Below are positions 1-9,844 of a DNA stretch of 23,836 nucleotides, piece after piece. The number at the start of each line of letters is the position of its first letter. Position 1 is the stretch's first letter. The DNA is from a virus (Duplodnaviria > Heunggongvirae > Uroviricota > Caudoviricetes). The notes below the pieces were generated by a model, which did no database searches, was not told the DNA's origin, and saw only the letters and a list, made by a program, of their open reading frames with translations. A program made the translations under genes and the position numbers. The DNA is taken from IMG/VR virus record IMGVR_UViG_3300033070_001565; one strand, 5' to 3'.

Positions 1-3000
1 TCTGCAGGATTCGTTCTTGGATTTCAAAAAGCTCTCGGACTCACTGATGAACAGATGAAAGAGATGAGAGTGAGATCGATCGCTCTTGGAACATCTCTCG
101 TTCAACAACAAAAAGAGTTCGCAATAACATCTCGCACGATGTCTGAAAAATTCGGACTCTCCGCAAAGATGGTCTCGCGAGATATGGCTGCACTTGCGAA
201 GTCAATGTCTTCGTCAAATCTTTCGACAACTGCTCTTGCAACTGCCGCAACGTATATGCAAAAGCTGGGCATTGAGTCGAACAAGGTTGTCGAAGCAATG
301 AAAAAATTCGACACGCTTGAGGGAGGAGCAGAAGCAGCATCTCAGCTTGCTCAGGCATTCGGTGCATCTGTTGATGCGTTCGATCTCATGAATACAGATG
401 ATCTTACGGAGAGATTTGCAAAACTCCAGAAGCAGGTAGGTCAGTCTGGATATTCATTCGAGTCAATGAATCGTCAACAGAGAGAGGTTCTTAAGAGTAT
501 TACAGGTCTCGATGACGAAACAATCGCCCTCGGCTTCTCTCAAAAGGGCCTCGCAATGTCTTATGAAGACGTTCAGAAAGAGGCTGCAAAATCTGGCAAG
601 CAGCAGATGTCGACTGCTGACGCTCTGAAGAGAGTTGCTGATCAGATTGAAAGAATGATTCAGTCTGGTGGAAATCTGGGTTCTGGCAACTATGTTACGA
701 GATTCTTCCAAGGATTCGAGGCAGGAATCGAGAACTCGAGAGAGTTCATGAAGCTCCTCATGAATGTAAAGATCACTCTGAGGGACACGTACCTTGCTGG
801 TGCACAGGCTGGCAGAGCATTTGTTGCATCATTCCCGGGTGTTAAAGACGCATTCACATCGCTTGCAGCTCTCTTCGATCCAAAGAGATTTAAGGTGATG
901 CTGAATGGCATTGTCTCTGCGTTCGGAGAATTCTCGAAGAGCATCGGAGGTAAGGGAGAAAATTCTGTTGGAATGCTGTATCAGAATATAAGAGACAGCT
1001 TCTTGAAGTGGTTCGATCTCTCTTCTCCATCTGGTACGAAAACAGTTGAATCAATAAAGAAATTTCTTGAAACGTTTGCAAAGGTTGCTCTCCAGGGAGT
1101 CAAATTCCTAGGAGAGGGAATAGCAGATGGAATCGTAACGATTGGAGCTGCGCTAACGGGAAAGAATCTAGGAAAAGCAGGTGGAGCAACAAGTGCAGCA
1201 ATGGAATGGGTTTCAAACACTTTTGGACCTATTCTTACAGAACTTTGGAAACAAGTAAAAATAATCGTTCCTGTACTGATAGATGTAGGAATCGACTTGT
1301 TGAAAAGATTTGGTGAAGCGATCATGGAGGATCCTCTCAAGTCTTACACATACAAGATCGGAGGAGCACTGGCACTTGCGATCATGGGACCTGGTATGCT
1401 AAGAGGATTCGCTCAAGCGACTCCTTCCCTTATAATGTCATCAGCAAAGGGTATTATCTCTCTAGCTGGATCTGGTCTCACAAAAGCAGCAGCAGCGCAA
1501 GCTGCGGGAGCAGTCTCTGGGGTTGGGGCAGTTCAGGCTGCCGCTGGACAAGCAGCTACCATTGCATCGAAAACAACGGGCCAACAACTTGCGTCTTTCG
1601 GAAAGGGACTCGCTACACTCGGAGCTGTTCTGGTAGCTGTCGGTGCACTCGGATTCATAATGATCAAACTCGCTGAACAGGCGAAAGGACTTGAATTCTC
1701 TGATATTGCTAAGGTTGTCGGAGGCGTTGTTGCAATATCGGTCGCAATGATGCCGCTTGCGCTTGCAATGAAGATTGTCTCAGCGGTACCGCTTGGCGAC
1801 GTCGTAAAGGGAGGTGCTGCTCTCACGGTCATGGCTGCTGTGATTGGCGCAATGACTCTCGGACTCATGGTACTGTCGAAGATAGAGTTTGATCCAAAAG
1901 GAATCGCAGTCGTTGCTGATGTTGCAATGACGGTTACAAAACTTTCTCTTCTTGCTAGCGTTCTAGCTGCAGCTGCAGCTGGAATCGGTCTCATCGCTTC
2001 AAACCCTGCCGGGACAGCTGCAATGGCAACAGGGCTAGCTGTCATTGGGCTCATGGTCACTGCGATTGGAGCTTCAACTGTAATCCTGATCGAGACAGCT
2101 GCGCGGATGCCAGCCCCAGAATCCGTCAAAGGAAAACTTGAGATCATGTCGATCGCAACAGGTGTGATCAAGGACTTCGCCGGATCGATAGGCGGTATCA
2201 TGTCAGCTGCTGCACCGTCGCTTGCAGAGATGTTGAAGACGGGACCAAGTTTCACAGAGAAACTTAATTCGATGTCGAAGTTCATCTCAGGATTTGGCAA
2301 ATCGCTCATTGATATCACAACGCAAGTTATGGATATCGTTGTCGGCTTCAGTCCAAAGATGTCGACTCAGGTAAAGGAATCAGCATCACTGATATCATCA
2401 ATGCTCAGTGCGGTTGGCGGTCTTGCTATGGCACTGAGACCACCTCCTGAGCTTGTTTCGGCTGGATTGCTCGATCAAGTATTCAATGGAGGAGTCGTCG
2501 GAAATCTTGCTGCAATGTCTCAGTATATGACAATGCTTACAGAGAATTTGAAGAGCGTTCTCATTAACATCGTCAACAGAGTAAAAGAACTTGCAGCTGG
2601 ACTTCCGTCTGATCCAGGCAAGCTGAAGGGCATGGAGATTGTCACTCAGCTCATCGGATCAATAGGCTCAATCGCTCAATCTATTGTCCCGTCCGGAGAC
2701 GCAATCAAGTCTCTCTCTTCTGTTGTCGATGGAATTGCAGGAAAATTTGGAGCCGTTTCTGGTGACACAAAGAAATTCGACGCTCTTACTGCAATCATTG
2801 AGGCAAACGGAAACATCGTAAAGGCAGTCGTTCCAGAGCTTGTCAGTGGAACTCTTGCCGGCGCAATTGCAGCAGCTGGTCAAATGTCTCCAAAACAGCT
2901 TGAGGGTACGAAGGCTGTCATTTCCGTTGCATCTGGTCTTGCTGGTCTGTTCAATTCAATCTCCAGCGTCCTGAAGTCGACACCACAAGTGACTCTTGAA

Positions 3001-3999
3001 AAGAAAGATGGAGACAAGCTTACAAAGATAACGACTGCATCTGCAGGCCTAGGCGAGACACTGACAGACTTCGCTGTACAGCTTCCTGGAATTATCAAGT
3101 CTCTCGTTGGATTCGATGTTGGTGTCGACAAGGGTGCGCTTGAAAGAGCGAATGGAATCGGTCAGCTCGCAGGGTCTCTTTCGAAGGTTTTTGAAGCTGT
3201 TGGAAAGCTCTCTACTGCTGCTCCAGCGGATGGTGGAGCTGTTGCCGGAATTGCATCTGCTGCAAACACACTAAACACTCTCTTCTCTCAGTCTGAGGGT
3301 GCATTCGGAACGAATGTGGGGCCACTGAGGGCTGTTGTCAACGTGCTGACAAATGATTCTATCTCTTTTGACGCCGCAATACAATCAGGAGCAGCTGCAA
3401 ACGTTGGAATGGTCGACCTTACGACTGTGATATCCGGAATGAGCGCAAATCTTGTTGCGCTCTCAAGCGCAGCTCCACCGGCAGAGATACCATCCCAGCT
3501 CGCCGGAATAGCAACGACGATTGGAGCGTCAACAGAAGCAATCGAACAGATTGGTACTGCGATACAAGGTTGGGCGGCTGGATTTGCTGGAATGGCAGAT
3601 GCAGTAAACTCTAATGCAATCGCTCCCGCGATTGGTGCTATCGCAGATGTTGTCGCGAAGGTTAACGAACTGAATGACACTCTTGCAAACGCTGATGGTA
3701 ACAGAATCAGAATGACGACACGTCTTGAAAAATTTGCTGCGAACTCAGGCTTGGGATCGAAAGCAAAGTACGAGATCAAAAACAAGGACGTCAACATCTC
3801 GATCGATCTCAAGGTCGTGATGGAAGCTGGAAAGACAGAGCAAGTTCTCATTGAACGCAAGTCTTCTGTGATCAGACAGCATCTCGTTAATGCAACGTAC
3901 AGTGGTACGAATGGCGATGAGCAGGGCGGATCGACATTCCCGTCAAAAACTCTCACATCTCCAAATCTCCCTAACTTAGATTGCAAGTATGGACAATGA
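1..3999 (+). CDS. Tail tape measure protein (5'-truncated; frame open from base 1, at least 1332 aa)
   Basis: Frame is open from position 1 (SAGFVLGFQKALGLTDEQMKEM...), so the start lies outside the window. Very long Ala/Gly/Ser-rich helical sequence with a central block of hydrophobic TM-like segments. Lies directly upstream of tube-initiator, LysM and hub genes, the usual TMP position. Confidence 0.85.
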   Translation, partial: SAGFVLGFQKALGLTDEQMKEMRVRSIALGTSLVQQQKEFAITSRTMSEKFGLSAKMVSRDMAALAKSMSSSNLSTTALATAATYMQKLGIESNKVVEAMKKFDTLEGGAEAASQLAQAFGASVDAFDLMNTDDLTERFAKLQKQVGQSGYSFESMNRQQREVLKSITGLDDETIALGFSQKGLAMSYEDVQKEAAKSGKQQMSTADALKRVADQIERMIQSGGNLGSGNYVTRFFQGFEAGIENSREFMKLLMNVKITLRDTYLAGAQAGRAFVASFPGVKDAFTSLAALFDPKRFKVMLNGIVSAFGEFSKSIGGKGENSVGMLYQNIRDSFLKWFDLSSPSGTKTVESIKKFLETFAKVALQGVKFLGEGIADGIVTIGAALTGKNLGKAGGATSAAMEWVSNTFGPILTELWKQVKIIVPVLIDVGIDLLKRFGEAIMEDPLKSYTYKIGGALALAIMGPGMLRGFAQATPSLIMSSAKGIISLAGSGLTKAAAAQAAGAVSGVGAVQAAAGQAATIASKTTGQQLASFGKGLATLGAVLVAVGALGFIMIKLAEQAKGLEFSDIAKVVGGVVAISVAMMPLALAMKIVSAVPLGDVVKGGAALTVMAAVIGAMTLGLMVLSKIEFDPKGIAVVADVAMTVTKLSLLASVLAAAAAGIGLIASNPAGTAAMATGLAVIGLMVTAIGASTVILIETAARMPAPESVKGKLEIMSIATGVIKDFAGSIGGIMSAAAPSLAEMLKTGPSFTEKLNSMSKFISGFGKSLIDITTQVMDIVVGFSPKMSTQVKESASLISSMLSAVGGLAMALRPPPELVSAGLLDQVFNGGVVGNLAAMSQYMTMLTENLKSVLINIVNRVKELAAGLPSDPGKLKGMEIVTQLIGSIGSIAQSIVPSGDAIKSLSSVVDGIAGKFGAVSGDTKKFDALTAIIEANGNIVKAVVPELVSGTLAGAIAAAGQMSPKQLEGTKAVISVASGLAGLFNSISSVLKSTPQVTLEKKDGDKLTKITTASAGLGETLTDFAVQLPGIIKSLVGFDVGVDKGALERANGIGQLAGSLSKVFEAVGKLSTAAPADGGAVAGIASAANTLNTLFSQSEGAFGTNVGPLRAVVNVLTNDSISFDAAIQSGAAANVGMVDLTTVISGMSANLVALSSAAPPAEIPSQLAGIATTIGASTEAIEQIGTAIQGWAAGFAGMADAVNSNAIAPAIGAIADVVAKVNELNDTLANADGNRIRMTTRLEKFAANSGLGSKAKYEIKNKDVNISIDLKVVMEAGKTEQVLIERKSSVIRQHLVNATYSGTNGDEQGGSTFPSKTLTSPNLPNLDCKYGQ

Positions 4000-4216
4000 A
4001 GTTAGAGTGTATCTTGAACAAATTTTTGGGTCCGGGGCTTGGAACATTCTTTCTGGTTCGATTCCACCAGATGAGGCAAAAAAAGTTGAGAAATCTACTG
4101 AGGACTTCGTTAGAAACTTTTGTATCCCATTCGAATCTGCAACAAAAAAGATAACAAATAATCCTGAATTGGTAGCTCAGCTGGCAAAAAAGTTGTCAGA
4201 AACAAAATTAGATTAA
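3989..4216 (+). CDS. Hypothetical protein (75 aa), possibly tail assembly/structural
   Basis: Fills the gap between TMP and the next gene: 11-nt overlap with TMP and TAATG coupling to the 4216 ORF. No recognisable motif. Confidence 0.7.
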   Translation: MDNEVRVYLEQIFGSGAWNILSGSIPPDEAKKVEKSTEDFVRNFCIPFESATKKITNNPELVAQLAKKLSETKLD

Positions 4217-6654
4217 TGGCAACTCTGACAAATGATCCAGCGGTAAAACCTGCTCGCAGAGCCACGCTGGGAACTCTTCTAAAGGTCGGACCTACTGCTA
4301 TTGCACGTGGCGCTGCAGAGCTATCGTCATTTGATTCTGGATACAACGTAACTTCAGACGGTGCGAAACTTAAATCAGTACTTCCAGGATTCACAGAGCT
4401 GGCTCTAAAAAGAGTCGAGGCACGTGAACTTGAGGCTGGAAATATTCTTGAATCTCTCCTGTCGTCGCCGGATACTGGCGTTACAGAGATTTCGATCACA
4501 GATTCATGGGGAAATATCAACTCAGATTTGCAGCCGTATGATGGTCCTCTCGTTCCAGGAGGGATGCTTGTACTCGCAACCACTCTTACGCTGGCAGTTG
4601 GAACTTCTCTTACACTACTTTCAAACCTTGCAGGAATTGCAACTGGACGACAGGTTGAACGTACCGGGCCGAACGGACGAGGCTACAAGGGAAAAAGCTA
4701 TAAATTTGCAGATGGTAATGGAGGACTATTTTCAACAGATAGCATCAAATCGTACATCACGGACGCACTTGGTATTCGTCCGACAACTCGCGATTATTTC
4801 GAATGCGTGAAAGCAGGTTTTGCAACTGTCGTTGGAGCAGATATATCTGGAGGTGGTCTTCTACAACAGCTCACGCAATCTTTCAAAAAATTGGCAGAGT
4901 CTCCTGGATATTACGTTGTTCTGTTTCGTACTGTCACTCGTGATGCTGTTAGACTTGCTGACGTTGTAAAATCAATGGGGTCATCGCCTCTTCAAATCGT
5001 TGATGGCGTCGCAGACGTGATAAGATTTATTAGAGGATCGAAGATCATCGCAATGATGAATGTTTTTGCAATGATCGGCGATCTCGCGCTTGCTGCAAAA
5101 GATGCAAGGGAGCGTATTGGAAGTCTAGACAACGAAGAGTATCCAATCGATGCTCCAAAAGCAGAGTTTATAAGAGCATATGCTGGAAATTCTGGTAAGA
5201 AGCTCGCATGGGCCGGCGATCGTGCAAGATCACATCTTTTGCTTCCTGAGAGAATTCTTGCAGCGCATCAAACATTCGCAAGGGATCGATCATACATGGC
5301 TGCAACGTCTCTCAAACTACAGAGAATGTATAATCCTGCAATTGATCACGACTCTCTAACACTCACAGATCAAGATATCAGCAACCGTGGCAGAATCGCG
5401 GATGATTTGAGAATTGAAATTGAAAAGCAACTCGATTCTCAATACGTTCCATTTTACTTTCATGATGTTAGAACAAACGAAATAATCTCGTTTCATGCAT
5501 TTTTGACATCGCTCACTGACGATTATTCTCCATCGTGGGATGGTACAGATCCGTATGGAAGAATCGATCAAGTAAAAATTTACAAAAGCACTGGTAGAAA
5601 AATATCTGTCTCGTTCTATGTTGTCGCAACGAACGAAGAAGATATGGATGAGATGTATCTGAAGATTAACAAACTTGTCACGATGGTGTACCCTCAGTGG
5701 TCTCGCGGAGATATTTTTGCAACTTCGGATGGCAACAATCGATTCACTCAACCCTTTACTCAGACTCCAACTGCGTCTCCGCTTATCAGAATGAGACTGG
5801 GAGATTTGATTCAGTCGAACTATTCAAAATTCGCGCTAGCGAGATTGTTTGGTGCAGGAGAAATAGGCGCACTCAAAATCAATGGAAATGAACTCACTCA
5901 ATCTCAGGTTGACGAAGTTTCAAAAGACATTCAAAGAGATATCGTTTCTCAATCTGAGCGTTTGCAATCATCTGGTGGCACAAACAGAATCGTATTTCAA
6001 ATAAGACCATCGTACGGGGGTGTGCCTATCGAATCAATGAGATCTGGAGGGATAAAACTGTCAATTCCTCTGCCGATTCCATCTGCTGGAGGAGGAATTG
6101 ACACGATATCATTTCCCGCTCACGAGCTCGAGGCTTTGAAAGTTAAGGTCATATCTGTGAGCTCAGATGATATGGCTGAAATTCAGTTTCAGATCAGAGA
6201 TTCATATTCAGGAAAGATTCCAACTCTTGAAGACAAGATTAATACGATTGCATCGAAAACGTATGTTGTGCCGATTCACTATCTTCAAGAGATATCAGCA
6301 TCTGATGGCACGCTTAATCCATCATCGAGTCCATATGATACGTCTGTGATCGAATTTTTCTCTGAAGAGAAGAACACGATTGTGAGATCTTTTAAATCGT
6401 CTGGTGGTAGAGGAATCGCTTGTACAATAGACTCGCTGAACCTTGACTGGTGGGATGGTAATAAAATCGGATGGGAGACGTATTCAATTGGAAAATGCGC
6501 TCCAAAGATGTGTCTTGTAAAAATAGCTATAACGCCGATCCACGATATTGCACCGGGAATCGATCACCGCGGATTCAATAGAGCTCCAGTGTATCCTGTT
6601 GGTTACTTTGGTCACGATTCAATCAAATCAGGAGAATTAGATGGCATTCAGTAG
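4216..6654 (+). CDS. Tail tube initiator / baseplate tube-fold protein (T4 gp48/gp54-, Mu gp43-, P2 gpU-like) with long N-terminal extension
   Basis: Tube-fold-like segment PFYFHDVRTNEIISFHAFLTSLTDDYSPSWDGTDPYGRIDQVKIYKSTGRKISVSFYVVA...SPLIRMRLGDLI and C-terminal half GIACTIDSLNLDW...PKMCLVKIAITPIHDIAPG. Position between TMP and the LysM gene. Confidence 0.7.
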   Translation: MATLTNDPAVKPARRATLGTLLKVGPTAIARGAAELSSFDSGYNVTSDGAKLKSVLPGFTELALKRVEARELEAGNILESLLSSPDTGVTEISITDSWGNINSDLQPYDGPLVPGGMLVLATTLTLAVGTSLTLLSNLAGIATGRQVERTGPNGRGYKGKSYKFADGNGGLFSTDSIKSYITDALGIRPTTRDYFECVKAGFATVVGADISGGGLLQQLTQSFKKLAESPGYYVVLFRTVTRDAVRLADVVKSMGSSPLQIVDGVADVIRFIRGSKIIAMMNVFAMIGDLALAAKDARERIGSLDNEEYPIDAPKAEFIRAYAGNSGKKLAWAGDRARSHLLLPERILAAHQTFARDRSYMAATSLKLQRMYNPAIDHDSLTLTDQDISNRGRIADDLRIEIEKQLDSQYVPFYFHDVRTNEIISFHAFLTSLTDDYSPSWDGTDPYGRIDQVKIYKSTGRKISVSFYVVATNEEDMDEMYLKINKLVTMVYPQWSRGDIFATSDGNNRFTQPFTQTPTASPLIRMRLGDLIQSNYSKFALARLFGAGEIGALKINGNELTQSQVDEVSKDIQRDIVSQSERLQSSGGTNRIVFQIRPSYGGVPIESMRSGGIKLSIPLPIPSAGGGIDTISFPAHELEALKVKVISVSSDDMAEIQFQIRDSYSGKIPTLEDKINTIASKTYVVPIHYLQEISASDGTLNPSSSPYDTSVIEFFSEEKNTIVRSFKSSGGRGIACTIDSLNLDWWDGNKIGWETYSIGKCAPKMCLVKIAITPIHDIAPGIDHRGFNRAPVYPVGYFGHDSIKSGELDGIQ

Positions 6655-6934
6655 ATACGCTAGATCAGCCAGATTGGGCCAGGGATCTTATCTCGGCACA
6701 TCGGCCGCTCAGATAACGATCAGGAGAGCAGTAGAGCAGAGCGCGGTCGATTACAGACAGTTTGTCTCGAGAGAGGGAGACCGTCTTGAGACGCTTGCAA
6801 ATCAGTTCTATGGATCAGGTGATCTCTGGTGGGTCATAGCAGCTGCCAGTGGCATTGGCTGGGGGCTACAGATGCCTCCAGGAACACTCTTGAATATCCC
6901 TGATATAGGTCAGGTGGCTCAACTTGTCGGGTGA
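6641..6934 (+). CDS. LysM-like baseplate wedge protein (P2 gpX / T4 gp53-like)
   Basis: REGDRLETLANQFYGSGDLWWVIAAASGI...PPGTLLNIP is a typical LysM/tail-X signature. Flanked by tube initiator and hub. Confidence 0.85.
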   Translation: MAFSRYARSARLGQGSYLGTSAAQITIRRAVEQSAVDYRQFVSREGDRLETLANQFYGSGDLWWVIAAASGIGWGLQMPPGTLLNIPDIGQVAQLVG

Positions 6935-6940
6935 TCTAAT

Positions 6941-9799
6941 ATGAACAGCGTATCGCCAGTATCGAAACTCTCTGAGATCTACAGGTACATCTCTCCGAAA
7001 GATTTTGCAGGAAATCTCGCAAACTATGATGTAACTCCATCTGGTCTCGTACCGAACAAATCTGAAGAGGTTACCGGAGACATTGTACCATTCCTTCAGG
7101 GACTTGTCGTAGAAACAAGCAACAATGGTGCTGCTTCAAATGCTGATATTATCGATTCAGTCACGGCATATCTTGCCGGCGCCTCTACTGATGTTGTCAA
7201 GGAGTTTACAAAAAGATTCCTATGCATATCTGACACGCCGGTACCATTCAACTCTGACATTCAAAAACTAAAGAATTTCAAACTTTCAACTCTTATGAAC
7301 GGAAGTGGAGAGAGAGTTGAGTGCTCTACGTACATGATCGGAACTCAGAAAGTAAACATCAATCTGAGAAACACGAATGATATCATGACATTCTCTCGTG
7401 CAATACCAACGCACGAGATGTCGAGATGTGTTCCACATCTAAGGGTACGATTTCTTTATCCATCCGACTCAAGCGGTAGAAATCCAGATGGAAAGCTGCT
7501 CTCACCAGGAATATTGAAATTTCTGAGAGGCGGGGTCAGCATCTCAGACAGATCTGCCGATCTTGCAATGACAGATCCCACGCTAAGACTCAGCGCTGAC
7601 TCTGAACTCGGTCTGACGGGCGCAGCTGCAATACGAGGGTCTTCGAACGGGGGCGGAATGGACATGTTCCTCATGCCGCAGACACTACAAAATTTCGAAG
7701 AGACTGGGCTCGTCGATGGCAGGTTCAACTCTGTAATTGATCCCACACGCCCGTTCATGTCTCTTGAGGAGCTCTCTGTGAAGTGTGTGACTCAGCAAGC
7801 AGGTATGGGTCAGTACAAGACTGCCGAGCTGTCTCTCGTTCTCCACGATAGATCACGTCTACCAGATATTGCTCATCTCATCAAGCCAGATGCTTACGGG
7901 AAGACAATGCTCGATATTGAGTACGGTTGGTCTCATCCCGACGGGATCGGAAGCGATAACATCTACGGTGAGTTTATCAACAGGATCAAATCGAGAGAGA
8001 TATACATGATCAGGAATGCTGGATACGGCATTACGAACACTGGCGAGATGAAGATAACGCTTCATCTCGCAATGAAAGGCGCGACTGAGATGCTGAGATC
8101 TCGCATAAGCCAGTTCGATTACGAGAAAGATCTGAGAGTTCTAACAAATACAATTAGCGAACTCAGGAGAGCGCTCAATCTCAGTGTGCCTGGAGATCCG
8201 AGAGTAACTCAGATTCTCGATGCAGCTGAGCGTGGTGAGAGACCTGCAGATAGTGCAAATTTTCAAAAAGAACTCGATGGACTCCTCTCTGCTCTGAGAT
8301 CGGGATCTTACGCCAGAAAAGGTACTGATGGTGCGTCTGCATCGATCGCTGGGTCTGCTGCGCAAAAACTTGCTGACAAGCTGAAAGAGTTGTATCTCAA
8401 TCCGGATCCTGGAAATACAAAATCGAAACTTACGTTCAAAGAGAGCAGACAAAAAATTGCCGTAGAGACGATCAGAAAGAAATTCGTTCAGTGCGAGACA
8501 GGAATCGACCCATTTTTCCCAGATCCCGCAGATAAGGAAAAATACCCTGCTTTTGCATACAGCCTCGACACTTATAACAAGGGTACAAAAGACGATCCAA
8601 ACGGTCGAAATTCGATCGTATCTTTTGGAAAGTTGTTCTGCACTTTCGCTCTTGGTTCCATAAGAGACACACTGAAGGAGGAGATTGATGAAATACAAGT
8701 TTTCTTTTACCCATTCAGTACCGGCGCCGGCCGTGCTAGTGGGTCTCCAATCGGAATGTTTCCGATTGAAACTTCTGTTATTGACAGAATCATGCAAGAC
8801 AGGGCTCAGAAAACGATGAACGCAGACATGAGCGTTTACGATTTTTTGAATCTCGTGAATGACAAGATTTTTTCCGATCCAAGAACATTTGCATATGGAC
8901 TCTCAGACCTCTACATGCCGAGAACTGCAGATGAAAAAGAAGCACAGCTGAATACAAAAGTTGTCAAGGATTATCCTGCGCTCTCTCGTGCTCTTGATGA
9001 GAGATTGAATCAGTTTGGTGGTACATTCAAGGCTCCTGTTATCAAGATCATTCCTGAGACATTCCCGAAGCGACTGGGTCAGTATGCAGTTGATCCTAAC
9101 AGATTGATTCTACGACTTCATGTTTTCGATGTGCAAGCTGATGCTAACGATGCTGCGATGTCAGTCCTCAAGTCGCTGTCTCTTTCACCGACTGCATTTG
9201 TACCTGGAGCATCATCTCAAGATGATAGCGTAAAGCAGTTCATCGAAAATTTCAAGACCGCAACTGCAAATCTTGTAGGTTTGGGATTCAAAGATATCTC
9301 AATTAATCAGTCATCTGTAGGAAAACAGAATTTTCTTTCCGTCGACGGAAATCCTGAGCTCATCAAGGCTGCAATTACGAAGCTACTGCCTACGATATCG
9401 ATCGGAGGAAACGCATCGATCGTTACAAACATACAGCTCAGTCCGCAGCAAAATGCTCTCATATCATCTGCAAATATGAGAGCAAACGGAGGAGGGCCCG
9501 GGTTCAGGCCCAACGGGTCAGCCGCAGGTGGCTTGCCACTCAGCGTCATACCTGGAGAGATGAGTCTGTCAACGCTGGGATGTACATGGGCGACGATTGG
9601 TCAGAGAATATTTGTCGACTTGAAAACTGGAACGCAGCTCGATAATGCATACGTGTGTACAGGGATCGATCACAAAATTGGTCCTGGAAAATTCGAAACG
9701 AACTGGAAGTTCGCGTGGTACGATGCGTACCCAGCGTATACTTCATTCGTAAGATCAATGCAACAAGTAAACAGATTGCTTGAAAAAGCTTCCGCGTGA
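6941..9799 (+). CDS. Baseplate hub protein (T4 gp27 / Mu gp44 / P2 gpD-like)
   Basis: LDIEYGWSHP motif in the N-terminal part. C-terminal EMSLSTLGCTWATIGQRIFVD...NAYVCTGIDHKIGPGKFETNWKF matches the hub-family ending. Follows the LysM gene; GGTGATC lies 4 nt before the ATG. Confidence 0.75.
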   Translation: MNSVSPVSKLSEIYRYISPKDFAGNLANYDVTPSGLVPNKSEEVTGDIVPFLQGLVVETSNNGAASNADIIDSVTAYLAGASTDVVKEFTKRFLCISDTPVPFNSDIQKLKNFKLSTLMNGSGERVECSTYMIGTQKVNINLRNTNDIMTFSRAIPTHEMSRCVPHLRVRFLYPSDSSGRNPDGKLLSPGILKFLRGGVSISDRSADLAMTDPTLRLSADSELGLTGAAAIRGSSNGGGMDMFLMPQTLQNFEETGLVDGRFNSVIDPTRPFMSLEELSVKCVTQQAGMGQYKTAELSLVLHDRSRLPDIAHLIKPDAYGKTMLDIEYGWSHPDGIGSDNIYGEFINRIKSREIYMIRNAGYGITNTGEMKITLHLAMKGATEMLRSRISQFDYEKDLRVLTNTISELRRALNLSVPGDPRVTQILDAAERGERPADSANFQKELDGLLSALRSGSYARKGTDGASASIAGSAAQKLADKLKELYLNPDPGNTKSKLTFKESRQKIAVETIRKKFVQCETGIDPFFPDPADKEKYPAFAYSLDTYNKGTKDDPNGRNSIVSFGKLFCTFALGSIRDTLKEEIDEIQVFFYPFSTGAGRASGSPIGMFPIETSVIDRIMQDRAQKTMNADMSVYDFLNLVNDKIFSDPRTFAYGLSDLYMPRTADEKEAQLNTKVVKDYPALSRALDERLNQFGGTFKAPVIKIIPETFPKRLGQYAVDPNRLILRLHVFDVQADANDAAMSVLKSLSLSPTAFVPGASSQDDSVKQFIENFKTATANLVGLGFKDISINQSSVGKQNFLSVDGNPELIKAAITKLLPTISIGGNASIVTNIQLSPQQNALISSANMRANGGGPGFRPNGSAAGGLPLSVIPGEMSLSTLGCTWATIGQRIFVDLKTGTQLDNAYVCTGIDHKIGPGKFETNWKFAWYDAYPAYTSFVRSMQQVNRLLEKASA

Positions 9800-9809
9800 T
9801 AAATTTCTG

Positions 9810-9843
9810 TAAATCTTAAATTCTTAATTGATCTTAAGATTTA
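9810..9843. promoter_or_regulatory. AT-rich 10-bp perfect inverted repeat at the structural/replication module boundary
   Basis: TAAATCTTAA (9810-9819) and TTAAGATTTA (9834-9843) with a 14-nt spacer. TCTTAA occurs three times (9814, 9822, 9832). TAAGAT (-10-like) at 9835-9840 just before the GTG at 9845. Confidence 0.45.
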
Positions 9844-9844
9844 A

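Noticed and set aside
1533-3986. Long antisense ORFs (1533-2318, 3288-3986) and other shadow ORFs such as 8141-8797, 12356-12775 and 15142-15732
   Set aside because: They lie opposite well-supported genes, show mirror-codon composition and carry no motifs.
4050-4070. tRNA-like GGTTCGATTCCACCA
   Set aside because: No acceptor, D or anticodon arms can be built; it simply encodes SGSIPP in the 75-aa ORF.
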